From: Candidatus Bathyarchaeia archaeon
Lineage (GTDB): Archaea > Thermoproteota > Bathyarchaeia > Bathyarchaeales > Bathycorpusculaceae
DNA length: 20,933 nt
Assembly: GCA_037481775.1 (NCBI GenBank)
Contig: JBBFKZ010000025.1
Coordinates: 1-20,933 of the forward strand
Reading direction: 5' to 3'
Part shown: piece by piece, positions 1 to 8,868 of the stretch
Position numbering within the stretch: the first letter of the stretch is position 1
Layout of the letters: the number at the start of each line of letters is the position of its first letter
The notes under the pieces: model-generated
The model's database searches: none
Told to the model about the DNA's origin: nothing
The model's input: only the letters and a program-made list of their open reading frames with translations
Program-made: the position numbers and the translations under genes

Positions 1-74
1 CACAGCTGTCAGCCCATCTTGTAGAGGGTTTATGGTGCAAGGGACCCCTAGCCCCCCGCCTAAGACCCACCGCC
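1..74 (-). ncRNA. ffs: SRP (7S) RNA, 5' Alu-domain portion; continues past the left edge
   Basis: Minus strand reads GGCGGTGGGTCTTAGGCGGGGGGCTAGGGGTCCCTTGCACCATAAACCCTCTACAAGATGGGCTGACAG. It has the archaeal SRP Alu layout: helix 3 GGGGGGC/GUCCCUU, helix 4 CCAU/AUGG, and loop-loop complementarity UAGGGG/CCUCUA. A TATA box lies about 23 nt upstream. Recognised by eye, not by covariance model. Confidence 0.8.
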
Positions 75-96
75 AAAATAGAGAGCGAATGTATAA

Positions 97-115
97 CTTT
101 AAAACTTTGTCTTTT
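97..115 (-). promoter_or_regulatory. BRE/TATA promoter of the SRP RNA
   Basis: Minus strand has purine-rich AAAAGACAAAG followed by TTTTAAAG (104-97), ending 23 nt before the RNA 5' end at 74. Confidence 0.65.
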
Positions 116-285
116 TTGGTGTGATTTTGTGGTGTAAGGGGGTGTCATTTTTGTATGTTGTTATGTGTGCGCTTTGATTTGTATGGTGCTGCTCTTCTAG
201 TTGAATAATCTGCTGAAAGCCACCATCACAAATGGTTTTGGCTGTGTCTGAAAATAGAAATGTTTGTATCATGGATTCGTAATTC

Positions 286-295
286 TTAATATATA
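286..295 (+). promoter_or_regulatory. Putative TATA box of the surface protein gene
   Basis: TTAATATATA about 40 nt upstream of ATG 336. Confidence 0.45.
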
Positions 296-335
296 CATTT
301 ATCAATGCGATAATAAGAATGAAGGAACAACCTCT

Positions 336-1814
336 ATGAAAACCAAGAACCTATTTGGAACACTACTTGCCTCCGTAATTTTACTGGGCGTAATAACGCC
401 GCTCGCCAGAGCCGAAACCCTCGTCAAAACCGATTTTGAACAGGAAAGCTTCGCCAAAACCGTCGATTACATGGAATACGTCCGCGCCTATGCAACGCTT
501 CACGGCATCCCGCAACCAGCCAACTTTGACAAGTGGCACGCCAACATGTACATGACTTACGTGAACATCAGCGGCTTCAAACTACTTTACGCTGGACTCA
601 AAGAAATAACCACAGACGAAACCAGCTACCTGCGCATACCGATGCAAGCGTTCATCATGCACTACAAAACCAACAAGAACAACCGCGACGTCATCCTAGC
701 CAGCACGTTCCTCATGCTCATGGCATTCAACGAAACCACCACCTCGCTTTACCCCAACTCACCTGACAAAGAAGACATGCTGTACGCTTCCTTCAGCCTC
801 GGCTTCGACCTCAGCAACTTAGGCAGGACATTGCCAGTACTGAACAGCGAAACAGAAGTCATCCCGCTGACGCATGAAGGCAACGAATGGATGTGGGGCA
901 TGAAATACACCAACCTAACCGCGCTATGGTGGAAAACATGGATAGACCCCAACAATCCACGCTTCCAAAACAGCTGGCCTGTTGCTCTAACCGTCTACGA
1001 TGAGCTCACGTTCACCTACAAGCTCATCATCAACCCCGCAGCTGGTGTCGCCACGCTACAGGAGAACCACATAATCGGAAGAATGCGCCATCTCTTCGTC
1101 GGCGTAATTCCAGCCCTCTGGGTCTACTACAACAGCACAGGCACCTATAGCATGCTCGGCACACAAATCAGTAACGACACCATCTACGACTTCATCCACG
1201 ACAATGGGCTTAAAATGAGTATTATAAACTTCCAAACTAGCATTATGGCAGACCACGAAACCTACAGCCAAACGCCCACTGGGCAAAACGTAACAGACAC
1301 GGAAGTCGAAGTTACCGATACTTCGATAGAGACTTATGCAGATGACGGCGAAAAAATCTTCAACGCCGACTTCGGCACCAAAAAAAACTACAAGCTTTAC
1401 AACTATATGGCTGACCCAACCGAAACCACATACGGCATTTACGAGTCAACAGCAAGAACCACCAAGATAGCAGGCTACGCAGGCAACGGCGGCTTATTCG
1501 CTTATCACATAGGCTTAATGAAATTTCTGCCCGCCGTAGTCGTGCACATGTATCCAGCGCTCTTCGCTAAAGCTGCCTCAACAATCGCCAACATGAGCCG
1601 CGCTAACTACTTCTACATAATCGCCTACCCAGAATACAGCGGCTACCGCGTTGAACACGACCCAACATTCACCGCATACATAGCAGCAACAACTAACACA
1701 AAGCCAGAACCACTACCATCAGGCGCGGGAACATTAATCATCATAGCTATAATTGTCCTCGCCGTCGGCATAGGCATCGCAGCATTCATAGCCCGAAGAA
1801 AGCCAAAAGCCTAG
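336..1814 (+). CDS. Secreted, C-terminally membrane-anchored cell-surface glycoprotein of unknown function (492 aa)
   Basis: Start moved to ATG 336. Signal peptide MKTKNLFGTLLASVILLGVITPLARA; 7 N-x-S/T sequons; T/P-rich linker, TM helix (LIIIAIIVLAVGIGIAAFIA) and basic tail RRKPKA. Confidence 0.85.
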   Translation: MKTKNLFGTLLASVILLGVITPLARAETLVKTDFEQESFAKTVDYMEYVRAYATLHGIPQPANFDKWHANMYMTYVNISGFKLLYAGLKEITTDETSYLRIPMQAFIMHYKTNKNNRDVILASTFLMLMAFNETTTSLYPNSPDKEDMLYASFSLGFDLSNLGRTLPVLNSETEVIPLTHEGNEWMWGMKYTNLTALWWKTWIDPNNPRFQNSWPVALTVYDELTFTYKLIINPAAGVATLQENHIIGRMRHLFVGVIPALWVYYNSTGTYSMLGTQISNDTIYDFIHDNGLKMSIINFQTSIMADHETYSQTPTGQNVTDTEVEVTDTSIETYADDGEKIFNADFGTKKNYKLYNYMADPTETTYGIYESTARTTKIAGYAGNGGLFAYHIGLMKFLPAVVVHMYPALFAKAASTIANMSRANYFYIIAYPEYSGYRVEHDPTFTAYIAATTNTKPEPLPSGAGTLIIIAIIVLAVGIGIAAFIARRKPKA

Positions 1815-1820
1815 CAACCT

Positions 1821-1845
1821 CTTCCCTTTTTATCCTTTTTTTTTG
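1821..1845 (+). terminator. Oligo-T terminator region between the convergent surface gene and trpA
   Basis: Pyrimidine-rich stretch with two T runs just after stop 1814; it partly overlaps the trpA 3' end. Confidence 0.45.
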
Positions 1846-2657
1846 TCAACTTCACTTTGTGCTTCTTTCAGCTCACGCGCCAACGTCTCCAGTTCCTTAA
1901 GCATACCGCTCGCATCCCCAAGATACTTGTGGATGATGTTGACGAAGGCGCTTCCTACAATTACGCCGTCAGCACCGCTTTGAATTATTCGCCGTACATG
2001 CTCAGATTTTGAGACGCCGAAGCCAACAGCCAACGGAACACGCCCCGCCGTGTAGGGCAAAATGCGCTTAATCAGCTGGACGGTTGACTCCTCCAAAGCT
2101 TCGCGAGCGCCGGTTACGCCGAAATGCGAAACAAGATATAGAAAGCCAGAAGTGCACGTGACAATTTTGCTTAAGCGTTCGTTTGAAGTTGATGGTGCCG
2201 CAAGAAAAATCGTGTCAACTCCGAAGCGCCTTGCCGTCTCGCAGTAGGTTGTTGACTCTTCAATTGGCAAGTCAGGAACAACCACGCCATCGACGCCCGC
2301 GTTTTTTGCTAACTGGAAAAATTTTTCGGTTCCCATACGGAAAACAGGATTGAAATACGTTAGAAGCACAATGGGCACGCCATGCCTTCTTTTGATTTCT
2401 TCCGCCAGCTCCAGCACAGTCTTCGGCGTTGTCCCAGCCCTCAAGGCACGAACAGTCGCTGCCTGAATCGTGGGGCCATCAGCTATCGGGTCAGAGAAGG
2501 GCACACCAAGCTCGAGAATGTCCACGCCGCCTTTAATGAGTGCCTCCGCGATTGCTGGCGTGAAACGCGGCGCTGGGTCTCCGCCAGTCACGTAGCCTAT
2601 AAGTGCGCCGGCTTGCTGCGCTTTCAGCCTCTGGAAAACCTTGCTGATCTCACTCAT
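1830..2657 (-). CDS. trpA: Tryptophan synthase alpha chain
   Basis: Motifs [46 protein letters not shown] overlap with trpB. Confidence 0.98.
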   Translation of the reverse strand: MSEISKVFQRLKAQQAGALIGYVTGGDPAPRFTPAIAEALIKGGVDILELGVPFSDPIADGPTIQAATVRALRAGTTPKTVLELAEEIKRRHGVPIVLLTYFNPVFRMGTEKFFQLAKNAGVDGVVVPDLPIEESTTYCETARRFGVDTIFLAAPSTSNERLSKIVTCTSGFLYLVSHFGVTGAREALEESTVQLIKRILPYTAGRVPLAVGFGVSKSEHVRRIIQSGADGVIVGSAFVNIIHKYLGDASGMLKELETLARELKEAQSEVDKKKG

Positions 2658-3853
2658 ATTTTCACGCCCAGAAAATCGGCTACTACTTCCACATCCTTGT
2701 CTCCGCGGCCAGACAACGTTACCACAATCGCTTTTTCCCGGTGCATGTTCCGCGCCAACTTCATGGCAAAGGCTACCGCATGCGCTGACTCAAGCGCGGG
2801 AATTATGCCCTCCTCACGCGACAAGACACAGAAGGCGTCCACAGCCTCTTTATCAGTTGCCGTGACATACTCCGCTCTTCCCAGCGCTTTCAGAAAAGAA
2901 TGCTCAGGCCCGACGCCTGGATAATCCAAGCCCGCGGAAATACTATGCGTATTCTGTATCTGGCCGTCGCTGTCTTGAAGCACATGGGTCAGCATTCCGT
3001 GAAAGACGCCTTCGGCGCCAGCGTTCAGCGACGCGGCATGCTTGCCTGTTTCTACGCCTTCGCCGCCGGCTTCAACACCATACAACTTAACTTCCATGTT
3101 ATCTTCAAACGGGTAAAACGTGCCTACAGCATTGCTGCCCCCGCCGACGCAGGCAACCAGCGCGTCAGGCAATCGATTTTCTTTTTGTAGGAATTGTGCT
3201 TTTAACTCGTTGCCGATGACGCTTTGGAAATCTCGGACGATCATTGGATAAGGATGCGGCCCCACAACGGAACCTATGAGGTAATAGGTGCTTTCAACGT
3301 TGGATGCCCAGTCTCTCAGCGCCTCGTTTATGGCGTCTTTCAATGTTTGGGAGCCAGATTTAACTGGGTGCACTTCGGCGCCTAAAAGCCGCATTCTGAA
3401 CACGTTGAGCCGTTGCCGCTTCATGTCCTCAGCGCCCATGTAAATCTCCGCTTTTAGCCCTAAAGCGGCGCATGCTATGGCTGTGGCAACGCCGTGTTGG
3501 CCGGCGCCTGTCTCGGCTATTACCCGTTTCTTTCCCATTCTCCTCGCCAAAAGCGCCTGCCCCAGCGTGTTGTTGATTTTGTGTGCACCGCCGTGCGCGA
3601 GGTCTTCCCGTTTCAGGTAAATTTTGGCGCCGCCCAGCTTCAGTGTTAGGTTCTCCGCGTAATACAGCGGTGTGGGGCGCCCAGCATACTCTGAAAGGTA
3701 GTAGGATAATTCCTTTTTGAAGCTTGGATCCTGCTTGGCTTTGGCGTAGGCTTCTTCCAGTTCTTTGATGGCTGCCATCAAAATTTCTGGGACAAAACGG
3801 CCGCCATATTTCCCATATTTCCCATCGATTGGGTAACTACTTAGCGTTTTCAT
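2654..3853 (-). CDS. trpB: Tryptophan synthase beta chain (TrpB1 type)
   Basis: [15 protein letters not shown] (PLP Lys), [38 protein letters not shown]. Confidence 0.98.
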   Translation of the reverse strand: MKTLSSYPIDGKYGKYGGRFVPEILMAAIKELEEAYAKAKQDPSFKKELSYYLSEYAGRPTPLYYAENLTLKLGGAKIYLKREDLAHGGAHKINNTLGQALLARRMGKKRVIAETGAGQHGVATAIACAALGLKAEIYMGAEDMKRQRLNVFRMRLLGAEVHPVKSGSQTLKDAINEALRDWASNVESTYYLIGSVVGPHPYPMIVRDFQSVIGNELKAQFLQKENRLPDALVACVGGGSNAVGTFYPFEDNMEVKLYGVEAGGEGVETGKHAASLNAGAEGVFHGMLTHVLQDSDGQIQNTHSISAGLDYPGVGPEHSFLKALGRAEYVTATDKEAVDAFCVLSREEGIIPALESAHAVAFAMKLARNMHREKAIVVTLSGRGDKDVEVVADFLGVKI

Positions 3854-4502
3854 ATTTCAGCATCCTTTTTGCGTTTTTAATGAACTTCACCATTTTCTTG
3901 TGATCCTTAATTCCCGGTTGCTTTTCGATGCCGCTGGAAACGTCCACAGCGTACGGTTCGACAATAGCCACTGCGTCAGCGACGTTTTCTGGGTTAAGCC
4001 CGCCCGCCAGAATTAACGGTTTCGGATGAATAGCCTGCTTAATTTGCCTGCTTAATTCCCAGTTATGGGTTACGCCGGTTCCGCCAAACTTGCCGTTAAT
4101 GAAGGAATCAACTAGAACCGCGTCAGCCAACTGTGCCATTTTTACAGCCGTGCTGACCGCGTCAGTGGAGTGGGCGTTAACGGCGCCTATCAAAGTGGTG
4201 TTTGGCAGCTTAAGCCGGACTGAAGCAGCGATATGCATGTTTTCGCAGTGAACTTGGAAGGCGTCTGGATTCAGTTTCTCGTACACCTCAAGCTCGTCAA
4301 GGCTTTTTGGAACTGTGACTAGAACGCTTTTCACGAAAGGCGGCACTTGCCTAATGAGCCGTTCAGCTTCAACTAACGAAAGATTCCGCGGCGAAGAAGC
4401 TACACCAACCACGAAGCCGACCGCATCGGCGCCAGCAGCTGCTGCCGCGTCCAAGTCTTCTTTGCGGGTTATTCCACAAACTTTCACCTTAACCTCTCTC
4501 AT
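3837..4502 (-). CDS. trpF: Phosphoribosylanthranilate isomerase
   Basis: [41 protein letters not shown]. Confidence 0.97.
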   Translation of the reverse strand: MREVKVKVCGITRKEDLDAAAAAGADAVGFVVGVASSPRNLSLVEAERLIRQVPPFVKSVLVTVPKSLDELEVYEKLNPDAFQVHCENMHIAASVRLKLPNTTLIGAVNAHSTDAVSTAVKMAQLADAVLVDSFINGKFGGTGVTHNWELSRQIKQAIHPKPLILAGGLNPENVADAVAIVEPYAVDVSSGIEKQPGIKDHKKMVKFIKNAKRMLKYENAK

Positions 4503-5281
4503 AAGGCATGCACAAACTCCTTAACTTTCTTTTCAATGTTAGCCGCAAACATGACTGCTGATCCAATGAGGAAAGCTTGAGCGCCACATTCACGCAGAAA
4601 ACGCACGTCCGCCGGCGTGTTGATTCCGCTTTCGCTTACCACGATTTTTCCTTCTGCATGGTTGCGCTGCAAAATTTCCCTAGTCGTGTTCAAATCCACT
4701 TTTAACGTTGCCAAATCGCGGTTATTAACCCCCACTAAATCCGCAAACGTTTTCACCGCAGAGCGAAACTCCGCTTCAGTATGTGCTTCCAGCAAAACTT
4801 CCAGCCCCAAAGCGTGCGCTTTCGCAATCATGTCTTCGACGTTGCATTCGCAGTAGCCCCTATCAAAAAGCGCCTGAATCAGCAATACAGCGTCGGCGCC
4901 CATTTTTGCGGCGGCCTCCAACTGCAACGGGCTGAGAATTATGTCTTTCATGAGGATTGGCAACCGTGACGCTTTCCGCGCTTCGACAAGCGAGCTTAAT
5001 GCGCCATTGAAATGTTTAGGTTCAGTTAGAACTGAAATGCCAATGGCGCCGCCTTGCTCTATGCTCTGCGCTATACTATGTACATCAACGCTTTTTCTAA
5101 TTACGCCGGCAGAAGGCGACGCTGGCTTGATTTCTGCGATAACTGGTGCTTGCATAGCCTCCAAAATTGCTTTTCGCAAACTAATCTTGAGCGCCTTGGT
5201 GGTTACGCCTTCCACGTTATAGTAGCCGCCTTTAATGGTTTCTCTTGCGCTCTGTGCTAGTATGTCAAGGAAGTCACGCAT
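4499..5281 (-). CDS. trpC: Indole-3-glycerol phosphate synthase
   Basis: IAEIKPASPSAG, ISVLTEP, LMKD, GVNNRDL, SESGI. Start set at ATG 5281 (MRDFLD), overlapping the trpD stop (ATGCGTGA). Confidence 0.96.
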   Translation of the reverse strand: MRDFLDILAQSARETIKGGYYNVEGVTTKALKISLRKAILEAMQAPVIAEIKPASPSAGVIRKSVDVHSIAQSIEQGGAIGISVLTEPKHFNGALSSLVEARKASRLPILMKDIILSPLQLEAAAKMGADAVLLIQALFDRGYCECNVEDMIAKAHALGLEVLLEAHTEAEFRSAVKTFADLVGVNNRDLATLKVDLNTTREILQRNHAEGKIVVSESGINTPADVRFLRECGAQAFLIGSAVMFAANIEKKVKEFVHAL

Positions 5282-6335
5282 ACTTCTGCTCAAGCTCCTC
5301 AAGTTTTGACAAGCATCCGCCAGACGCCTTGATTAAGGCCTTAAGTTTCTCATACGCTGCTCCGCTTTCTATTGATTTACGCGCGACTTCCATGGCGTAA
5401 CCGAAGTCATCTGCCTTTCCGCCGACGATGAGCGCAGCAGCGCTGTTAGCGAGCACCAGCTCCATCTTTGGATCACCTAAAGCGCATTGTCCACTTAGAA
5501 TTTTGAAGAGAAGTTCAGCGCTTTCTTCTGGTGTCGTGCCCTTTATGTCTTCTATTCGCGCCGTTTTGATGCCTAACTCTTTCGGCGTTATTTCTAAGGT
5601 TGCTACTTCCTTTTCTCTTAACCATGCAATCGCTGTTTTGCCTATAGTTGATACCTCGTCGAGGCCATCCAGCCCGTGGACTACCATGGCTTCTTCGCAT
5701 CCAAGATTCTTCAAGGCGTAAGCTAAGGGCAATGTCAACTGTGCATCATAAGCGCCAAGTAACTGCGCGTTAGCTGAAGCGGGATTAACCAGTGGACCTA
5801 GAATGTTAAACACTGTGCGGATGCCTATCTCTCTTCTCGGCTCAACCGCATACTTCATGGCTGGGTGAAACGCCGGCGCAAACATGAAGCCTACACCGAT
5901 CTGCTCGATAGCTCTTTGCACTGCTTCCGGCGTCATGGTAAGGTTGAAACCAAGCTTTTCTAGCACGTCAGCGCTGCCACTTTGGCTTGTTACTGAGCGA
6001 TTTCCGTGCTTCGCTATGGGAACACCTGCACCGGCGGCTACAAAAGCCGCGGTTGTGCTGACGTTGAAGGTTTTTATTTTGTCTCCGCCTGTTCCGCATG
6101 TGTCAACCAGTCGCCCTTTTACCTTAGGCTGGATCCGGCGGCAATGTTCCCTCATGACTGTGGCAAAGGCTATCAGTTCTTCGACAGTTTCTCCTTTCAT
6201 CCGTAGAGCGGTTAAAAAGGCTGCGATTTGAGCGTTAGTCGCTTTACCAGACATTATTTCCCTCATTATTTCTTGTGCTTCATCTAAAGTTAGGTTTATT
6301 TTCTCCACAAGTTTTTGTATGCCCTCTCTGATCAT
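5274..6335 (-). CDS. trpD: Anthranilate phosphoribosyltransferase
   Basis: DTCGTGGD, FNVST, KHGNRSVTS, GSADVLE, RTVFNILGP, GLDE. Confidence 0.98.
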   Translation of the reverse strand: MIREGIQKLVEKINLTLDEAQEIMREIMSGKATNAQIAAFLTALRMKGETVEELIAFATVMREHCRRIQPKVKGRLVDTCGTGGDKIKTFNVSTTAAFVAAGAGVPIAKHGNRSVTSQSGSADVLEKLGFNLTMTPEAVQRAIEQIGVGFMFAPAFHPAMKYAVEPRREIGIRTVFNILGPLVNPASANAQLLGAYDAQLTLPLAYALKNLGCEEAMVVHGLDGLDEVSTIGKTAIAWLREKEVATLEITPKELGIKTARIEDIKGTTPEESAELLFKILSGQCALGDPKMELVLANSAAALIVGGKADDFGYAMEVARKSIESGAAYEKLKALIKASGGCLSKLEELEQKYA

Positions 6336-6344
6336 TCCGCTTCG

Positions 6345-6923
6345 TCACCCCTCCAAAAAGTTTCTTATAATCAGTTTTCCGTCCTCGCAAAGTATAGATT
6401 CAGGGTGAAACTGCACGCCTTCAATTGGATATTTAACGTGGCGGATGCCCATGATTTCTCCATCGTCAGTTGAGACTGCGGTCACTTTAAGGCACTCGGG
6501 AATAGCCTGTGCATCACCAGCGAGCGAATGATAGCGAGTTGCGGTAAAAGGGTTGCTGACGCCACTGAAAATTCCTTCGCCATCGTGTTTAACTGCGCAT
6601 GTTTTTCCATGCATCAGCTTTTTCGCTGAAACAATTCGTCCTCCAAAAGCGTGAATTATCCCTTGATGCCCAAGGCAGACGCCCAAAGTGGGGATTTCCC
6701 GGCTTAACTGCTGCAGAAATGCTGTGCAAACACCGAAGTACCGCTTGTCCTCCGGGGTTCCAGGTCCAGGAGAGATTACTATCCTGTCTGGCTTAAGTTT
6801 CTCTGCCTGCTTCAGGGTTATTTGGTCATTTCTAAAAACGATGACTTCGGCGCCGAATTCGCCTATGTATTGAACAAGATTGTAGACGAAAGAATCATAG
6901 TTATCGATGACCAGAACCTTCAA
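6345..6923 (-). CDS. trpG: Anthranilate synthase component II (glutamine amidotransferase)
   Basis: IDNYDSF, SPGPG, GVCLGHQ, RYHSL, GVQFHPES. TTG start overlapping the trpE stop (TTGA). Confidence 0.97.
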   Translation of the reverse strand: MKVLVIDNYDSFVYNLVQYIGEFGAEVIVFRNDQITLKQAEKLKPDRIVISPGPGTPEDKRYFGVCTAFLQQLSREIPTLGVCLGHQGIIHAFGGRIVSAKKLMHGKTCAVKHDGEGIFSGVSNPFTATRYHSLAGDAQAIPECLKVTAVSTDDGEIMGIRHVKYPIEGVQFHPESILCEDGKLIIRNFLEG

Positions 6924-8302
6924 CTGTATTTGCCTCCTGCCCTTTCCAGCGCTTTCATAAGCGCCTCTGCTTTATGATTGGTTTCAAACCATTCTCTTTC
7001 TGGCACAGAGTCCGCCACTATGCCCGCGCCTGCTTGAATGTAGGCCTTGCTTCCGTTAGCGAACAGTGTTCGGATGGTTATTGCGAAATCCGCGTTTCCG
7101 TTATAGGAGAAGTAGCCGACAGCACCGGCATAGGGGCCTCTCCTTGTGGGTTCAAGTTCTTCAATTATTTCCATAGCGCGAACCTTAGGCGCGCCTGAAA
7201 CTGTGCCTGCTGGAAAAACCGCTTTTAACACGTCAAAATAATCTTTGTCTTCCCTAAGCTCGCCTGTAACCTGAGAAACGAGATGCTGCACGTGGCTGTA
7301 ACGGTGAACCTTCATGAACTCTGGAACCTGAATGCTGCCGAACTTGGCGATTTTTCCAATGTCATTTCGCGCCAAGTCAACCAGCATCACATGCTCAGCG
7401 CGCTCTTTCGGGTCAGCCAGTAACTCTCTGGCTAGGCGCCTATTATCGCGGACACTCGCAACGCAGGGTCTTGTTCCAGCTATTGGAAAAGTTTCAACAA
7501 TTCTATTGTCGACTCTGACAAGCATTTCCGGGCTCGAGCCCACAATTTGCCTGTCACCATATTTGAGGAAGTACATGTAGGGGGAGGGGTTTATTTCGCG
7601 TAAAGCACGGTAAAACGCTATAAGGTCGCCTGCGAAGCGCATCTCGTAGCGCTTGGAAAGCACAACTTGGAAGATGTCGCCTGCTGTTATGTATTCCTTA
7701 GCTTTTTCCACAGATTTCTCATAATCTTCTTTAGTAACGTTCATTTTCGGTTGCTGATGCCTTAGCGCTTCGTCGTCGGCAGCATGGGTAATTAACTTCT
7801 CAAATTCTGCATAGCGGTTTTCGTTCAAGTAGTAGTAGAATGCTCGGCGCTGCTTGTGATCAAACACTATGCCGTCATCGAAGAATCCGAACTGTACATC
7901 TGGAAAATCCAGGTCATCGCTGGATCTCTGCGGCAGCTTTTCCCAGTAGCGGATGGCGTCGTATGAAATGTAGCCGACTGCGCCTCCGGCAAATCTAAAG
8001 TTGCCGTTGGTAACGTTTTTGTTTTTAACAAGTTCTGCTATAACGCGCAGGGGGTCGCGGGTTTTAGTTTTATCTATTTCGCCGGTTGTTTCAGCGCTGA
8101 GTTCTGCTTCGCCGTTCTTTACTGATACGGTTAACCGCGGCTCGAAGCCTATAAACGAGTATCGTGCAATTTTTTTGGGGCCTTCTATGGATTCGAGGAG
8201 ATAAGCTGTTTTGCAGTGTTTTTGGAGTTTAGCGAAAATTTCGACTGGGGATTGCGTAAAGGGGATTTTTTTATAATGTAGTTTGTGAATGGCTAGTTGC
8301 AT
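6920..8302 (-). CDS. trpE: Anthranilate synthase component I
   Basis: LLES and NPSPYM (Trp feedback motifs), SSPE, PIAGT, KERAEHVMLVDLARND, FPAGTVSGAPK, AGAGIV. Confidence 0.97.
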   Translation of the reverse strand: MQLAIHKLHYKKIPFTQSPVEIFAKLQKHCKTAYLLESIEGPKKIARYSFIGFEPRLTVSVKNGEAELSAETTGEIDKTKTRDPLRVIAELVKNKNVTNGNFRFAGGAVGYISYDAIRYWEKLPQRSSDDLDFPDVQFGFFDDGIVFDHKQRRAFYYYLNENRYAEFEKLITHAADDEALRHQQPKMNVTKEDYEKSVEKAKEYITAGDIFQVVLSKRYEMRFAGDLIAFYRALREINPSPYMYFLKYGDRQIVGSSPEMLVRVDNRIVETFPIAGTRPCVASVRDNRRLARELLADPKERAEHVMLVDLARNDIGKIAKFGSIQVPEFMKVHRYSHVQHLVSQVTGELREDKDYFDVLKAVFPAGTVSGAPKVRAMEIIEELEPTRRGPYAGAVGYFSYNGNADFAITIRTLFANGSKAYIQAGAGIVADSVPEREWFETNHKAEALMKALERAGGKYS

Positions 8303-8371
8303 GTTTGCTTGTTTGGAGCCAAACGCAATACCTCATGTTCGCACCCAGTAAGTTTTAGACAAAACAGAAAT

Positions 8372-8406
8372 GCCTTATTTAAGGCTTTTGTGCACAAAAA
8401 TGTGCA
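8372..8406 (-). promoter_or_regulatory. trp operon promoter (TATA inside an inverted repeat) with adjacent palindromic operator candidate
   Basis: Minus-strand TTAAATA within GCCTTA-TT-TAAGGC (8372-8385); perfect palindrome TTTTGTGCACAAAA (8386-8399); TGCACA-N4-TGTGCA (8391-8406). Confidence 0.55.
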
Positions 8407-8421
8407 TTCATCACTTGTTCT

Positions 8422-8742
8422 TCACATTAAACAATCAGCCAACCAAGCCAAATACGATTTCGCGCCATCAACAACAGAAAGAGCAATTATCTCTGGAACC
8501 TCATAACTATGCAGTGCCTTCACAGCATCCGATAGCCTGCTAAACAAGTCTTTCCGCGACTTCATAAGCAACAAATACTCCTCTGCACTCTCAATTTTCC
8601 CAGCCCAATGGAAAAATGAAGAAACTGGACCAATTATGTTGGCACACGCAATTAATTTTTCATTAAGAAGATGATACGCTATTTTTTCTGCCTCCTGCCT
8701 ATTCGCAGTCGTCACAATTACCACCACATAATCACCGGCCAT
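8422..8742 (-). CDS. cutA: Divalent-cation tolerance protein CutA
   Basis: LIACANI, FHWAGKIE, E-x-LLLMK, HSYEVPEII. Start set at ATG 8742 behind SD GGCGGTGA. Confidence 0.95.
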   Translation of the reverse strand: MAGDYVVVIVTTANRQEAEKIAYHLLNEKLIACANIIGPVSSFFHWAGKIESAEEYLLLMKSRKDLFSRLSDAVKALHSYEVPEIIALSVVDGAKSYLAWLADCLM

Positions 8743-8868
8743 TTTCTTCACCGCCAACCACCAGAACATTACACTGGTTAATGTTTTGTTCTAAAAGCTT
8801 TTGCTGAGCAACAGACATTTAAGATCCAAAATTAATAATTATATCTGTCTGTTTGAGGTGAATCAGAA

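Noticed and set aside
1-74. RNase P RNA 5' end (TAGGCGGGGGGCTAGGGG resembles it)
   Set aside because: No GAGGAAAGUCC-like P4 motif follows, and the two-hairpin Alu layout fits SRP better.
264-335. N-terminal extension of the surface protein from TTG 264
   Set aside because: It spans the TATA box, and the signal peptide starts at ATG 336.
2062-8204. Many + strand ORFs of 60-180 aa opposite the trp genes (also 18830-19417 opposite rpoA)
   Set aside because: Antisense shadows of conserved genes with no motifs or expression signals.
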